DNA of 64,000 nt from Octopus vulgaris. Lineage: Eukaryota. The stretch is from contig OX597815.1 in the NCBI GenBank assembly GCA_951406725.2, positions 178,374,001 to 178,438,000 on the forward strand. Direction: 5' to 3'. Position 1 is the first letter of the stretch. Each line of letters opens with the position of its first letter. Both the position numbers and the translations under genes were made by a program. Below are positions 1-14,189 of the stretch, piece after piece. The notes beneath the pieces were generated by a model. It ran no database searches. It was not told the DNA's origin and worked only from the letters and a program-made list of their open reading frames with translations.

Positions 1-1280
1 TCCTTTTTACACAACTTCTATATTTATATCCCCCCATGCCTTGTACAAAGTATTTTTTCACCAAGCTTTCCCTTTAGAATTTCAACTCACTGGAATTCTT
101 TCTCTGCCAGCATTTTCTACCCACATTGACATTCATCAACCTCATTGTCATAACCAGTAAAGTAAGTCATGCGGGGTGGGGGGTCGTAGGTACTGCACCA
201 CTTACGAGTATCTCATAAAAACCAGTAACTCTTTGTCCTCTACAAAACGATGTCATGAAGATCTTGTTGAAACTCATCAACCAATTCCTTATTCAACATT
301 CAGAAACATAAGAAAGAAAAGGTTCACTACCTCTCTAGATCTAGGTATATAAAAAAAAATAAATGATTTCCTAGATAGTTGCAGTGTATCTCCATACTTT
401 ATTATAACTTCTCCCATCACGATTGTAAAATATCAATGTCTTATAGATAGAAGGTTCGCACTTTGCAGAGAAAATTTCAAATCTTCGGATTAACAGAGCC
501 TTTCCAAAGAACCGTTGCTCCATACGCTGTTGCAATCACAAGTCGCCACTTTTGCAATTATACTTGTAACAGTAACAAGAGAAAAAATCAACTATAAATA
601 GAAAACATGGAAGGAAAACAGTCGTTTATTGAGAAGATTTGGTGCTACGATATTGGAATTGACAAGTGGCTGTAAAATTATTTAAGCGTTTTTGTTAAAT
701 GTACGCGTGTTGTACCATCTATTTATTGTAAGGAGACGATATGCTGCTTCCGGAGCAGTATATAACTATTACCAGTGCGTGTCTTGCATTCGTACAAGAC
801 CACATATATTTCAAAGACGAAAATTGTCGATTGTCTACACTCCAACTAACAGGGATACGGCTTTGTCGATGGCAGAATGTTGAAAAGGAACGTTGAGCTG
901 ACGAAATTAAATTTGGTAAAGTAGAATGGGACCACGCAATACGAAGCATTTCTTTCTTCAATTAAATGGTCGTTTTTTTTTTTTTTAATAATTAATTCAC
1001 TTCAGCGACCATTAAGAACAGAACAACGTATCATAGGGAAGTTAGCAGCGCCATCTACTTTTACATTTTCCAATAAACTTAATAATGTCATTTCTTAAAA
1101 TGGCATATTCCAATATTTCCGGATTTGTCCCACCTCGAGTTTCTACAGAGTGCTTTAAACTAAATAAACAAACTCCTTCTACAACACAGAAATAATCGGT
1201 TGGTTTATTCTTATAGACAATGCTCATCAAATATTCGTAGCTATGTCCATTAATCATTATATATACATATATATACATAT

Positions 1281-1480
1281 ACTCTTTTACTTGTTTCAGT
1301 CATGTGACTGTGATCATGCTGGAGCACCGCTTTTAGTCGAGCAAATCGACCCCAGGACCTATTCGTTGTAAGCCTAGTACATATCCTATTTGTCTCATTT
1401 GCCGAACCACTAAGTTACGGGGACGTAAACACACCAGCATCGTAAACACATCAGCACACACACAAACACATACACACGCT

Positions 1481-1525
<45 letters not shown>

Positions 1526-1665
1526 GACGGGCTTCTTTCAGTTTCCGTCTACCAAATCCACTCACAAGTCTTTGGTCTGCCCGAGGCTATAATAGAAGAC
1601 ACTTGCCCAAGGCGCCACGCAGTGGGACTGAATCTGCAACTATGTGGTTGGTAAGCAAGCTACTT
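1281..1665 (-). mobile_element. tRNA-derived SINE family A (CORE-like), with internal CA/TA microsatellite
   Basis: Colinear with the full copy at 40733-41150: B-box-like GGTTCAGTCCC, CCTTGGGCAAGT central motif, tail GCGGTGCTCCAGCATG...CAGTC-ACAT-GACTGAAAC-AAGTAAAAGAG. Confidence 0.9.
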
Positions 1666-1774
1666 TATTTCACAAATTTTGCGGGCTGGACAGAAATATT
1701 GATGAGATGAGTGATGAAATAAATTGATATTAATGGAAAAAGACAGAAAACGCCCACCGATTTTTTGCTTCTCT

Positions 1775-2140
1775 AAAACATTATTATTTTTTACACAAAA
1801 AACAAACCGAGGTATTGAACCTCTTACTTCCATTTTACAATTATTGGAATTAATAGTCAATTTACAAATTAAAACATTATTATTTTTTGCACAAAAAACA
1901 AACCTCTTACTTCCATTTTACAATTATTGGAATTAATAGTCCATTTACAAATTGAAATATTATTTTTTACACAAAAAACAAAACGAGGTATTGAACCTCT
2001 TACCTCCGTTTTTACAATTTTTGAACTTAATAGTCCATTTACAAATTGAAATATTATTTTTTACATAAAAAACAAAACGAGGTATTGAACCTCTTACCTC
2101 CGTGTTTACAATTTTTGAACTTAATAGTCCATTTACAAAT
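1775..2140. repeat. AT-rich minisatellite, about 4 copies of a ~95-bp unit
   Basis: Unit ATTATTTTTTACACAAAAAACAAAACGAGGTATTGAACCTCTTAC...TAATAGTCCATTTACAAATT is repeated; the second copy has an internal deletion. Confidence 0.9.
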
Positions 2141-2476
2141 TCAGGCGCCGAGACTCTTATACGCTTAAATATTATAACGTTGAGGCTTTTCAACCTCTTG
2201 TCAATTTTCCTCCCCAATATCGCTTGTGCCCGTATACTCCGCCATCACCCACGCCTCGTTTAAAACAAAGGCTGGCTCCGAGTCGGCGTCGCCCGGCCAC
2301 AAGCGATATTCCTCTTTGAGTCCCTCTAACCTACGTATCACGGACAACGTTATGGCCTCCACAGCTATCTGCGGAGGCCATTCAATTTCCCGTGTGAAGG
2401 TTAAAGGTATTCCCTCACAGTGTTTTTCCACCACCTTTTCTACCTCTCCACCTCTGTAGAAGAATATCAATAATAT

Positions 2477-2580
2477 AGGCGCATGAGTGGCTGTGTGGTA
2501 AGAATCTTGCTCCTTAACCAAATGGCCCCGGGTTCTTTGGGCAAGTGTATTCTACTATAGCTTCGGGCAGACCAAAGGAT
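2477..2580 (+). mobile_element. SINE family A, 5' fragment
   Basis: AGGCGCATGAGTGGCTGTGTGGTAAG...TTGGGCAAGTGTATTCTACTATAGC matches the head of other copies. Confidence 0.8.
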
Positions 2581-2934
2581 TATATAAATTTAAGTGTTAG
2601 GGTCAGGGTTGTTGAAATGTTATTGCGAGCGGTGTTAGTGTTTTCTGTGGTAGGGTTGTATGAATTTAGATAGTAAGAGCTAAGATTACGTTTGTTAGAT
2701 AAGGTGATAATAGACTCCATATTTGGTGTAGAGGAATAAGATAGACTTTAAAGTGAAAACAAAGCACTGCTCACACAAAATTAGAATTTAGTATTGATTT
2801 ATAAACCTTCAATATACTTGGCAGCATATTATGGCTGCAAAACGAAATACTGTTCCCCTACCAGCAATTAATGTGTCGGTTTGCGTGCGCGCGTGTGAGT
2901 ATGTCTGTGTGTGTGTGTGTATGTATACACACAC

Positions 2935-2975
<41 letters not shown>

Positions 2976-3639
2976 GTTACACACGGACACACTGAGAGAC
3001 ATACAGAGACAGAAACAAAGAAAGTGACGATGTGGAAGGGACAGAAAGATTATTGTTATATATTTATATGAAGCCATCTCTGAAGTGTTGTTTAACCTTT
3101 AACTTTTATAAAAGCGAAATAAATAACATCACAATATCGTAAACAGAATCGAATTCTCTTTAATTTATTCATTAATTAGTGTTTTATTTCACTAACAATG
3201 GAAAATTGTCTTGAGAGGTAGTTTAATGGCTGTCTGCAATGAAGTAGAAAAATACATCCGTTTATATCACTTCCAGTTTTGTTATTTTATACAACTAGTC
3301 CGAGTATGCTTTGTTTCTATACGTTTCGCGGTTAGTGATGTTGGAAATACAGCCGCGAATATCAACGTCTGCTACTTAAATACCGAGTGCTTAACTTCCA
3401 TTCAGTTATGCAGCCCAACAACCTCGTGAACAGTATCGTGAACATGAGACTTCATTCTTCTCCCAAGAAGAGCATTAGACAACACCTAAATGTGAATCGG
3501 GATAAGCAACCGAGAACTTTAGATCTGATGAAAAGCGTAAATCCAGCACATTAAGCATAGTGCTTTCATTCGCGTATATGATGATGGCTTTCCACAGGCA
3601 ACCGAAGAAAACCATCACTCCCTATGAAAAGCATTGTTC

Positions 3640-3872
3640 ACATACACACTTACATACATGCATACATACGTGAATATGTACACATACATACACACATAAA
3701 TACATGTATGCATACAAGCAAACATACATATATACAATCACATACATACATACACACACATACACACACACATACATACATACATACATACATACATACA
3801 TACATACATACATACATACATACATACATACGTACGTACATACATACATACATACATACATACATACATACA

Positions 3873-3901
<29 letters not shown>
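3640..3901. repeat. (TACA)n microsatellite
   Basis: Direct inspection. Confidence 0.95.
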
Positions 3902-3905
<4 letters not shown>

Positions 3906-3924
3906 CCTTGATCTCTTAAGTGTT

Positions 3925-4172
3925 TCTATCATTGGGCTGCAGGCATTCTACACCGAAACCTGGTACTTATTTTTAAGCCTTGTAGTTATTCTATCGGTCT
4001 CGTTTTGCCGAATCGCAAATCCCTGATTTATGGAGACGTAAACAAACGCCAGGGATCAAGCGTTGGTGGGGTACAAACACAAACACAAACACACACAAAT
4101 ATATATGGATGGATGGATGGATTGATGGATATATGCATATGATAAGCTTCTTTCAGTCTGTCAAATCCACAC
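3925..4172 (-). mobile_element. SINE family A, degenerate copy
   Basis: TTCTATCGGTCTCGTTTTGCCGAA, GACGTAAAC and GCTTCTTTCAGT...CAAATCCAC match 40733-41150. Confidence 0.7.
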
Positions 4173-6055
4173 ACGAAGATTGTCGCCACATTTCATTCCA
4201 TAACGGCTACCTCTGAAGAACGCAGCTTTACATAATCGGACTACTACCTAACACCATTCTATTAATAGAATGGTACAGTATGATACATCCATTATGGCTG
4301 ATCTTACCAACTGGTTTCGCAGTAGCGGGTTCAACGGATTTTTAGGTAATAGAGAAAAAGAGAGAAAAAAGTGTAATGTAGATAAAACTTTTATGTTTGG
4401 TGCGTGTGTTGCCGTGTGTTTTTAAGATACTTACTTTGGTCGGTTTGTATTTATCGTCGATATTGAAAGATGATATTGAAAGTCTTCGAAAGATCAAAGA
4501 CATGTGAAAGGACCAGAGAAATGCAGCTTCTGTATGTTCTAAAGAACACACATCCAGCTAAATTTGATTGGCCATAGCAGCTATTTAAAGTGAAGGAGAA
4601 AGACTTTCACGTTGTCTCCAATCAAGAGAATTTGATCTAATTGGAAAATACCTCCTTAACCTCGATGACTACGCCAAAATTCGCCACACTTGTGTCCATT
4701 TACCCATTGAAGTCTGTACAGACTTCCACTTCTTGAAATAACTAAAAACGTTTTAGCATACCATCTATCCGTAAGAAAAGAATTACAGTAAACTTAGAGC
4801 CACTGATAATACATGATAAAGTACACGCTAAATATAGACTCTTTAATGATTTCAATACAGCTTGCTCGTTTCAATGTCGTATCATACTCGCACCAAATCA
4901 TCTCAAATTAAGCCACTGGTCTTTGTCACTGCTTTCTCTTTGCAGCAGATCCACGCCTCGGATTTCTTCCTGATAATTTTGCAGATGAAATATAAGCTTC
5001 TGCTATGATGATCTTTTTGCCAACGGAAAATTATTAGGAAAAGAGACGATATTCTTCCCATACTAGAGAATGATTAAAAGCAACGCAACATGCCGTTAAT
5101 CCGTTTTAAGACAAGGATTAAGAAGGTACCTAGAAGGTAATTCAGAGCATTCAATGGAAGCAAAAATCTGGCTTCCTAGATTGAGGAGGCGGCATCATTA
5201 AATTGCATCCGTAGCTATAATGAAGCTGCCGGTGCTCATGCCCAAGCAGCCAAGGGATTGTTCTACGTTCATCAGTGTACCACCTGGAATGGAACCTGCT
5301 CTCTCTATTTTGTGTTGAATGAAAATGAAATTAGTTTACTGCGGAACATAATGGTGTTGAGAATATAAGAATCACTTTTGTCTTCAAGATTGAAAAAGAC
5401 TGCTTAGCAGAAATATTTCATGAAAATTCAGGTTGGTCCATGCTCGTTTACTATTTAAGATACCCACATCCAAGGACGAGATTAGCAAAAATGAGTCTGC
5501 CTATGATTTGGAAATCAAGCAAAAAGGCATGGATTTAATTTCTAATACCAAGATCAACCAACGTTGTTACTGTTTGAAGAAACTTGTAGAAATAACATAG
5601 AGCGAAGGCCATAGATATCCAATCAGACTAGTTTCAAATAACCGAGATTTAGTCGTACAGATATCAGAAGAAATGACATCACTGGTTTGACAAACTAAAG
5701 GAGAATACAACTTTTAAATACGGAAGATTTTGAAGTTGACAGAGTACCATGGCCGGTGCTTATCTATTAAAGAGATAGTGGCTTTAGGACAGCAACATTG
5801 GCATCCTGAAAACCTTGAATCCTACAACTGAATTTTTCAGTAGCTATATGTGGGATTCTTCAGTCGTTTGGCAATATCAACAACATTTGTGGTAACAATG
5901 ATATTAAAAATACACACTTACGCTCGTAACTCTATTCATACGACGTTCATTTTGACATGCATTTTTGGTATGCAGCTAGTGATCTAAGCGAAGTATTACT
6001 ACATCCATCCATACATACATACATACATACATACATACATACATACATACATACA

Positions 6056-6087
<32 letters not shown>

Positions 6088-6144
6088 AGCATATAGGTAC
6101 ATACATGTGTCAAAGTGCTGTCATCTGCCTGTTGGCTCTCCTCC

Positions 6145-6618
6145 TACAACTCAACTTGATACAGCATCTCGAAAGAGTCCAGAAGCTGGCTACCCGCATG
6201 GTTCTTGGTCTCAAGAATTTGTCTTATGAAGAAAGCCTGAAGACGCTCGACCTTTATTCTCTAGAAAAACGACGACGCCGTGGAGATCTCATTCTTAAGC
6301 GGAAAGTGTAACCTCTCGAAAGAGCTGTTCTTCACTCCTGCTCCAGGGCGTCGGCTGCGGGGTCATTCCGAAAAGCTCTATCTGCGACGATTTCATCTCA
6401 AGCGAAGGAGAGGGGCTTTCTCCGTCCGGGTTGCGGATCCGTGGAATAAGCTGCCAGACGAGATGGTGAAGATGCCGACGACCGCTCGGTTCAAAGTCTC
6501 CCTTGACCTCAAGTGGCCTGAACTCTTTGCATGAACACCACCCTGTACATAACTCCATGTCCCCCTACATGGCCTTGCTTTTTGCTTTTTGAGCCAAAAA
6601 ATTAACTGACTAACTAAC
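6145..6618 (+). mobile_element. CR1/L2-group LINE, 3' fragment
   Basis: Frameshifted translation [12 protein letters not shown]...[24 protein letters not shown] / LRGHSEKL...FSVRVADPWNKLP is typical of the CR1-like ORF2 C-terminus; ends in TAACTGACTAACTAAC repeats. Confidence 0.85.
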
Positions 6619-6647
6619 ATGTACATATAATACGCACACATACTTAA

Positions 6648-6730
<83 letters not shown>

Positions 6731-7349
6731 TATAGACTGACATATCGAGAACAAACTTTGCTTCTTCTTTTTTTATTCTTTTGGATAGGTTTAACAATCA
6801 TAACCACATTCCAGTTTAAACATTTTATTATGCTTTCTTCGTATTTCCAATGAAGACCATCGCAGTTTCTTTGCACAATTCCTAAATATAGAATATAGAA
6901 TATTTTAGTTTCAGAATCAATTGTTGGTGTTCTTTACGTCATCAGGCTCGTATCTTGACTGTTTGAGTTACACATCATCAGATACGTGTCTTCTTGGTTG
7001 CGACGTGTGTGCTGTGTGTATGTGTTTATTAAGTTTTGTAATTGTGGAATGATTCTGCTTTCATAATTAATCATCTTATAGTTCCGAGGAATTCTATAAA
7101 TAAGGAAGCGTTGTTTATAAATATTTGCCTCTGTCTAGCTTTGTTTGATTATGTCTGGTGAAGTATTCTGCAATTTATCCTTGCTATAAATGCATGGTGA
7201 TCCTACGATAGATTGTTCCGCAAATATGATCAATATAGCAGAATTTTTACCAGTATATTTGGCATGGTGTTACTATTGCTCGAACAAACATTGCTGATGT
7301 ATTCAAAAATGGGTCACCTGTCTGATTGGCATTACGTCACTCTCTTACA

Positions 7350-7480
7350 AGCTTCAGACTCTATTTCGCTGGTTCACTGTCTCCTCTCTCTGTTTTTCTA
7401 CCGCTACTATAATAGTCAATGCTCGTCGGAGGTGGCTGGCTCGTGACACTACCGCTCATCTTTTCTCCTCTCATCAGCCT
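7350..7480 (+). mobile_element. Jockey/CR1-like LINE C-terminal relic
   Basis: Translation LSLFFYRYYNSQCSSEVAG resembles the SLFYRYYxGxCSxEL motif of LINE ORF2 C-termini (recalled). Confidence 0.5.
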
Positions 7481-8000
7481 TAGTTTGTTTAAATATCTAG
7501 GTCTAACATACAGCGATACTCCCAATTCCACCCACGAACATCGGATCTCCAGAATGTTCTCCCTGCTCAGGTGTTACTTACAGGTGCTATCTACAAAAGT
7601 ACAAATTAGATATCAATGCATAAACCTCGCCAGTTTAGAATATTCTATGAAGGTTATTGATAGTATTCCTTCCTACGGACACAGCAAATAGAAGAAAATT
7701 GTACAAACACACACACAGACATATAGCTAGGTGGCTAGCTAGACAGACAGACATGTAGGTTGACAGACAGACAGACATAGAGATGTACGTACATGTATGT
7801 ACAATTACGCGTGTTATGTATATGTATACATCTGTGGTTAAGTGTGTGTGTGTGCGTGCGTGAGTGTGTGTTTGTGTTTCGTTTGCGTTGAACATTAGAA
7901 TAAGAAATTTAGAGATAGGAAATTTGAAAAACTACATGTATATTTATATATTAGAGAGACGGAAACATTAAAAAGTGAATTGCGGCGTAAAGTGGGAGTT

Positions 8001-8003
8001 GAA

Positions 8004-8099
<96 letters not shown>

Positions 8100-8147
8100 A
8101 AAGAAGGGAACGAAAGAAAGAAAGAAAGAAAAGAAGGGAAGGAAGGA

Positions 8148-8211
<64 letters not shown>

Positions 8212-8229
8212 AGGGAAGAAAGAAAGAAG

Positions 8230-8275
<46 letters not shown>

Positions 8276-8322
8276 AAAGAAGGGAACGAAAGAAAGAAAG
8301 AAAGAAAAGAAGGGAAGAAAAG

Positions 8323-8361
<39 letters not shown>

Positions 8362-8420
8362 AAAACGAAAGAAAGAAAATAAGGGGAGGAAGGAAGGAAA
8401 GAAAACAGAAAGAAAGAAAT
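8001..8420. repeat. (GAAA)n purine tract
   Basis: Direct inspection; interrupted by repeated AAGAAGGGAACG variants. Confidence 0.95.
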
Positions 8421-9168
8421 TAACAAGTTGAGAGGAATAGTGGGTGGAGATATAAAGAATTTTTAATCATCCCTGCCTCATCCCAACCCTCTCTGGAAGA
8501 TTATGATCAACCGTCAAATATTAGATTTTGAAGCGTGCCGCCTACAATTGGTGAGGCAAAATATGATCTATAGAACCAGCAGCAAGAATGGAAACTAAGA
8601 TGAAGACACAAGCACAATAATACATACAGTGAACTCTAAAGGCACTCAGTTAATCTGAAGTCACTATTCTCTGTGCTAATCCGATTGCTAGACAAATTCT
8701 TTCCAACTTACTTGAGGCACGACCAAACTGATAAATAAACAAGAACACCTTGCCTGCTTTGCCTGCCGTCTTTGTTGAACGATGCAATCAATGTATAAGG
8801 AAGGAAATGGCAATAATATATCATGTGGATTTATTGAAATATCATACACACACAATATGTATAAAACCTTATATACACATATACATATATATATATATAT
8901 ATGCATGCATGTGTATATATATATATATATATATATAAATGTATGCATATGTGTATATAAATGTATATATATATATATTATATATATACATATACTTTGT
9001 GTGTGCATATAAGCATATATATATTGTGTACTCATATAAATATATATATATGCATGTATATATGTATGTATATATGTATATATATATGTATATATATACA
9101 TATACTTTGTGTGTGCATATAAACATATATATATTGTGTACTCATATAAATATATATATATATGCATG

Positions 9169-10456
<1,288 letters not shown>

Positions 10457-10700
10457 GGGTAAAATTAACCAATTAATTAATTAATAATGAATAATCTTAC
10501 CATGTAGTCAGTACGTTAAAAAACCTTTTTAGGTTAATTATACAAAATATTCCATAATTGTATACATAATTATAATCAGGGGTTAGCTAAATGCCTTGCC
10601 ACGCTAATGTCTTTTCAACTACCATAAAAATATCCGAGGCAATAACACACCTTTTTATGTAGGTGAAAAGAAAAATGATGAAGCCACACGACAGCGGTTA

Positions 10701-10762
10701 ACCACAGATGCGCTTCAAATTTGAAGTAAAATATATTTACCTATTATTCTCCTCAGTGTGGT
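10701..10762 (-). ncRNA. Degenerate minimal type-I hammerhead-like motif
   Basis: Minus strand ACCACA-CUGAGGA-[spacer]-GAAGCGCAUC-UGUGGU. Stem I is perfect over 6 bp; GAAGCGCAUC differs from GAAACGCGUC at two positions. Confidence 0.5.
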
Positions 10763-11104
10763 ACTCCGAGTTATAAATTTGCGAGTGTTAGGATTAAATA
10801 TGTACCCGATCAAGCGTCATCGCATAACTAATATTTAACCGCACTCCCAAAAATATACAGATACATATCTATCCTTTATACCCACATGTGTGCGATGACC
10901 TATCCCGCAGAAAACTGCAGTTTCGATCATGGAGTAAATTATGTGGATTCATCATTTCAAAAAGTGTGTTATTGTCTCGGGGATTTTTACGGTAGATGAA
11001 AAAGACATTAGCGTCTATGTCTAATTCAGTACGTGGCGAGGCACTTAGCTGATCCCTGATTAAAATTATGTATATAATTATAGAATATTTTGTATAAAGA
11101 TCTT

Positions 11105-11748
11105 TCCGTTTTGACGTATTTTGTTTTGGCATGAATGAGTGCTGGACTGGCTGAGGTAAAGTAATTGTGGTCTGATGTTGCTATGTGTCTTGAGTTCGAT
11201 TTTTGTAGTGGGTGGATAGCGCGAGGTCCAAGTCTTGGATGGATTTTAAAATTGATGCAAACATCGTTTGTACAGTATTGATAGAATATTTTCCACATAA
11301 CACAAATGATGTAGCGCTCCCCGTGGCGTTAGAGAGAGTAGAGACTGAAATTTTTTAGTCGACCCCAATAAACAATGCCTCTGATGCCGTCTATCTTTCT
11401 TGTTATTGACTTCTGGGGTGCTTCTAATTTCCTAATGAGTTGCTTCGTATGGGGTGGAGACAACTGTGGGCAGCAGTATTCGAGGTGGGGTCGGGCAAAA
11501 GTAGAGTAGAAAAGGGTGATGGTGTAGGCATCTCTAGACCGGAAAGTTCTCAGAATCCAGGAGCACATTTTGCGGGCCAAGTCAACCTTGCTGTTTACGT
11601 GGGAACTCCAGCTTCGATTGTTATCAACAATTACTCCAAGGTCTCTGGTGTTGTTGGATCACATTAGGGAGTTACCCGAGGGAAGACCATGTGGTAAATT
11701 CAGAGTTTCCTCTTTTCCAAAGTGGATCAAATCAAACTTATCTTCATA
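11105..11748 (-). mobile_element. CR1/L2-group LINE internal fragment
   Basis: Translation EDKFDLIHFG...ARKMCSWILRTFRSR...RPHLEYCCP...FKIHPRLGPRAI, homologous to the ORF2 at 45352-47181. Confidence 0.9.
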
Positions 11749-11984
11749 TATGTATACACACACACTCATACACACACACATACATACATATATGTATATT
11801 TGTGTATGTTTGCATATAAATATATATATATGTGTGTCTATGTATATAGATATATATATATGTATACATCTATGTATATATGTATATGCATATATATACC
11901 TATATATACATATATACACTGTGTGTGTGCAAATATATATATGTTTATATATATATATATGCACTCATGTATGCACTTCTACTT

Positions 11985-12045
11985 TGATAGGTTTCGGCCA
12001 GTATTGGCCCAAGCCATGTCTAACTGAATAGCACCACCTGGCGAA
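11985..12045 (-). mobile_element. CR1/L2-group LINE 3' tail only
   Basis: Reverse complement CCAGGTGGTGCTATTCAGTTAGACATGGCTTGGGCCAATACTGGCCGAAAC matches the tail at 47208-47258. Confidence 0.85.
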
Positions 12046-12260
12046 TAGATATATAAACCTCTAATTCAAGTAATAGCTAATAGATAGGCAGACAGTCAGA
12101 CAGATAGATAGATAGACTGATTGATTGAGTGGAGCGAGTGAGTGAGTGATAGAAAGTCATATAATTATCAAATATTGACCAAATCGAAATGTAAAATGTC
12201 TAAAGATCAATCTGATATCGTCCGCAAGGTAAATAGGGCTGTCATAAATTTCCCTGCTAA

Positions 12261-12329
<69 letters not shown>

Positions 12330-12331
<2 letters not shown>

Positions 12332-13127
12332 TTGATCATGTTGTCTCCAAATGCAGTCTCAATTGATCATGTTGTCTCCAAATGCAGTCTTCTAGCGCCT
12401 ACAGAGTACCTCAACAGGCATGATAGAGCTGCACAATATATTCACTGGGTAATTTGCAAAAACCTGGATTTGCCCCATGAAAAAAACTGGTGGGAACACA
12501 ATCCACCTCCAGTGCTTGAAAATGACCACATCTCACTCCTCTGGAACTTCACCATTCAAACTGACAGGAAGATAGATGCAAATAGGCCAGACATCATATT
12601 GAAAGACTTCAGATAAAGAACATGCCTCCTCATTGATATGACTGTCCCAATCGATATAAACGTATCTGTCAAGACCTACCAAAAACTGAGCAAATATAAA
12701 GATCTTGAAATAGAAATCAGCAAAATGTGGAAGCTGAAGCCTAAAACAATACCTGTTGTCATAGGTGCCCTGGGAATGATAGCGAAAGGGACTAATTGCT
12801 ACCTAACTCAGATACCAGGAAACCCCAAAATGGCAGAAATTCAGAAGATAGTGCTCATGGGAACTGCTCATATCCTACGCAAAATACTCTCTATGTAATC
12901 CCAAGGTTTAAAACAAACTTTTTTTTATTTATTTTATTTTATTTTATTTTATTTTATTTTATTCTTTTATTTTTTATTTTATTTTTATGTATTAGACATT
13001 CACAAGTACAACACCAAAAAAAAACCCAAATATATGGCACAGAACTTTCAACCTGTTGTCTCTTGAGGTCTCTGGGTGAGACTTGGAGCCAACTTGTACA
13101 GACATAAAGCAAAAGTCAAACATAGAA
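12330..13127 (+). mobile_element. R4/Dong-clade LINE, 5'-truncated, restriction-like endonuclease domain plus 3' UTR
   Basis: H..SKC...EYLNRHDRAA, LLWNFTIQTDRKIDANRPDII, CLLIDMTVP, KLSKYKDL, IPVVIGALG are RLE (PD..D) motifs; one in-frame stop at 12614-12616; flanked on both sides by (TAA)n, the known Dong target. Confidence 0.9.
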
Positions 13128-13137
13128 TAATAATAAT

Positions 13138-13346
13138 AATACTTTCTATGTAGTCTCAAATTTTAAAACAAACATAATTTTCTTATGGTTTCTTAAACAT
13201 TCTCTAGAACAACATTATGTACAAAACCAAACATATGACACCTTAGGCATAACACCAACACGAACTTCCAACTTGTTGTCTCTTGAGGTCTCTGGGTGAG
13301 ACTTGGAGCCAACCTGTATAAATGTAAAGCAAAAGTCAAACATAAA
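13138..13346 (+). mobile_element. Second R4/Dong copy: last codons plus 3' UTR
   Basis: AATACTTTCTATGTAG matches the ORF end AATACTCTCTATGTAA; shares TGTTGTCTCTTGAGGTCTCTGGGTGAGACTTGGAGCCAAC...AAAGCAAAAGTCAAACATA; followed by long (AAT)n. Confidence 0.85.
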
Positions 13347-13351
13347 AATAA

Positions 13352-13468
<117 letters not shown>

Positions 13469-13779
13469 CTTTTTACACTAAATAAAATGTGAGAAAGTGA
13501 GGTGAACAGGTTGTCACAATAACAACACCATGGCAACAGTAACAAGAACAACCAAATAATGATGAAGATGAGGAGAAGGGAGAGTTTGATTGTCAAGAGC
13601 AGAAGAGGGTGTAGGTGAGAAAAGCACAGGTGAGCTTGGCCATTACAGAGAAGGAGAAAAAGCGTAAAACAAATCTTAGCATGACATGGACACAGCGATA
13701 GAATACTAAAAATCATTTAAGATACTATATGCAACATCCATGCAAAGTAAAAATAGAAAAGAGCAAGAGAGAATGAATG

Positions 13780-14189
13780 CCAGCTCTATAGTTCTTATTA
13801 TACCAGCTCTATAGTTCTTATACCAGCCCTATAGTTCTTATTATACCAGCTCTATAGTTCTTAACCAGCTCTATAGTTCTTATTATACCAGCTTTATAGT
13901 TCTTATTATACCAACTCTATAGTTCTTATACCAGCCCTATAGTTCTTATTATACCAGCTCTATAGTTCTTAACCAGCTCTATAGTTCTTATTATACCAGC
14001 TTTATAGTTCTTATTATACCAACTCTATAGTTCTTATACCAGCTATATAGTTCTTATTATACCAGCTCTATAGTTCTTATACCAGCTTTATAGTTCTTAT
14101 GCCAGCTCTATAGTTCTTATTATACCAGCTTTATAGTTCTTATTATACCAGCTCTATAGTTCTTATTATACCAGCTCTATAGTTCTTAT
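13780..14189. repeat. Minisatellite, about 19 units of 19-23 bp (CCAGCTCTATAGTTCTTATTATA)
   Basis: Units counted by eye; no unique spacers. Confidence 0.95.

Noticed and set aside
600-960. Possible Tc1 transposase relic (VRRRY...G; *ADEIKF)
   Set aside because: Only two weak motif echoes and no TIRs found.
2590-2660. Telomere-like TTAGGG variants
   Set aside because: Only two or three degenerate units.
6880-6990. Two CTGATGA motifs on the minus strand next to a possible Penelope C-terminal relic
   Set aside because: I could not build stem I with a correctly placed GAAA and NUH site.
7968-8426. Long K/E/R-rich or F/L/S-rich ORFs (and the many YI, CV, HT, IYLS ORFs across the window)
   Set aside because: These are translations of microsatellites that happen to lack stop codons.
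13780-14189. CRISPR-like array of short repeats
   Set aside because: The units are contiguous with no unique spacers, there are no cas genes, and the context is eukaryotic; it is a minisatellite.
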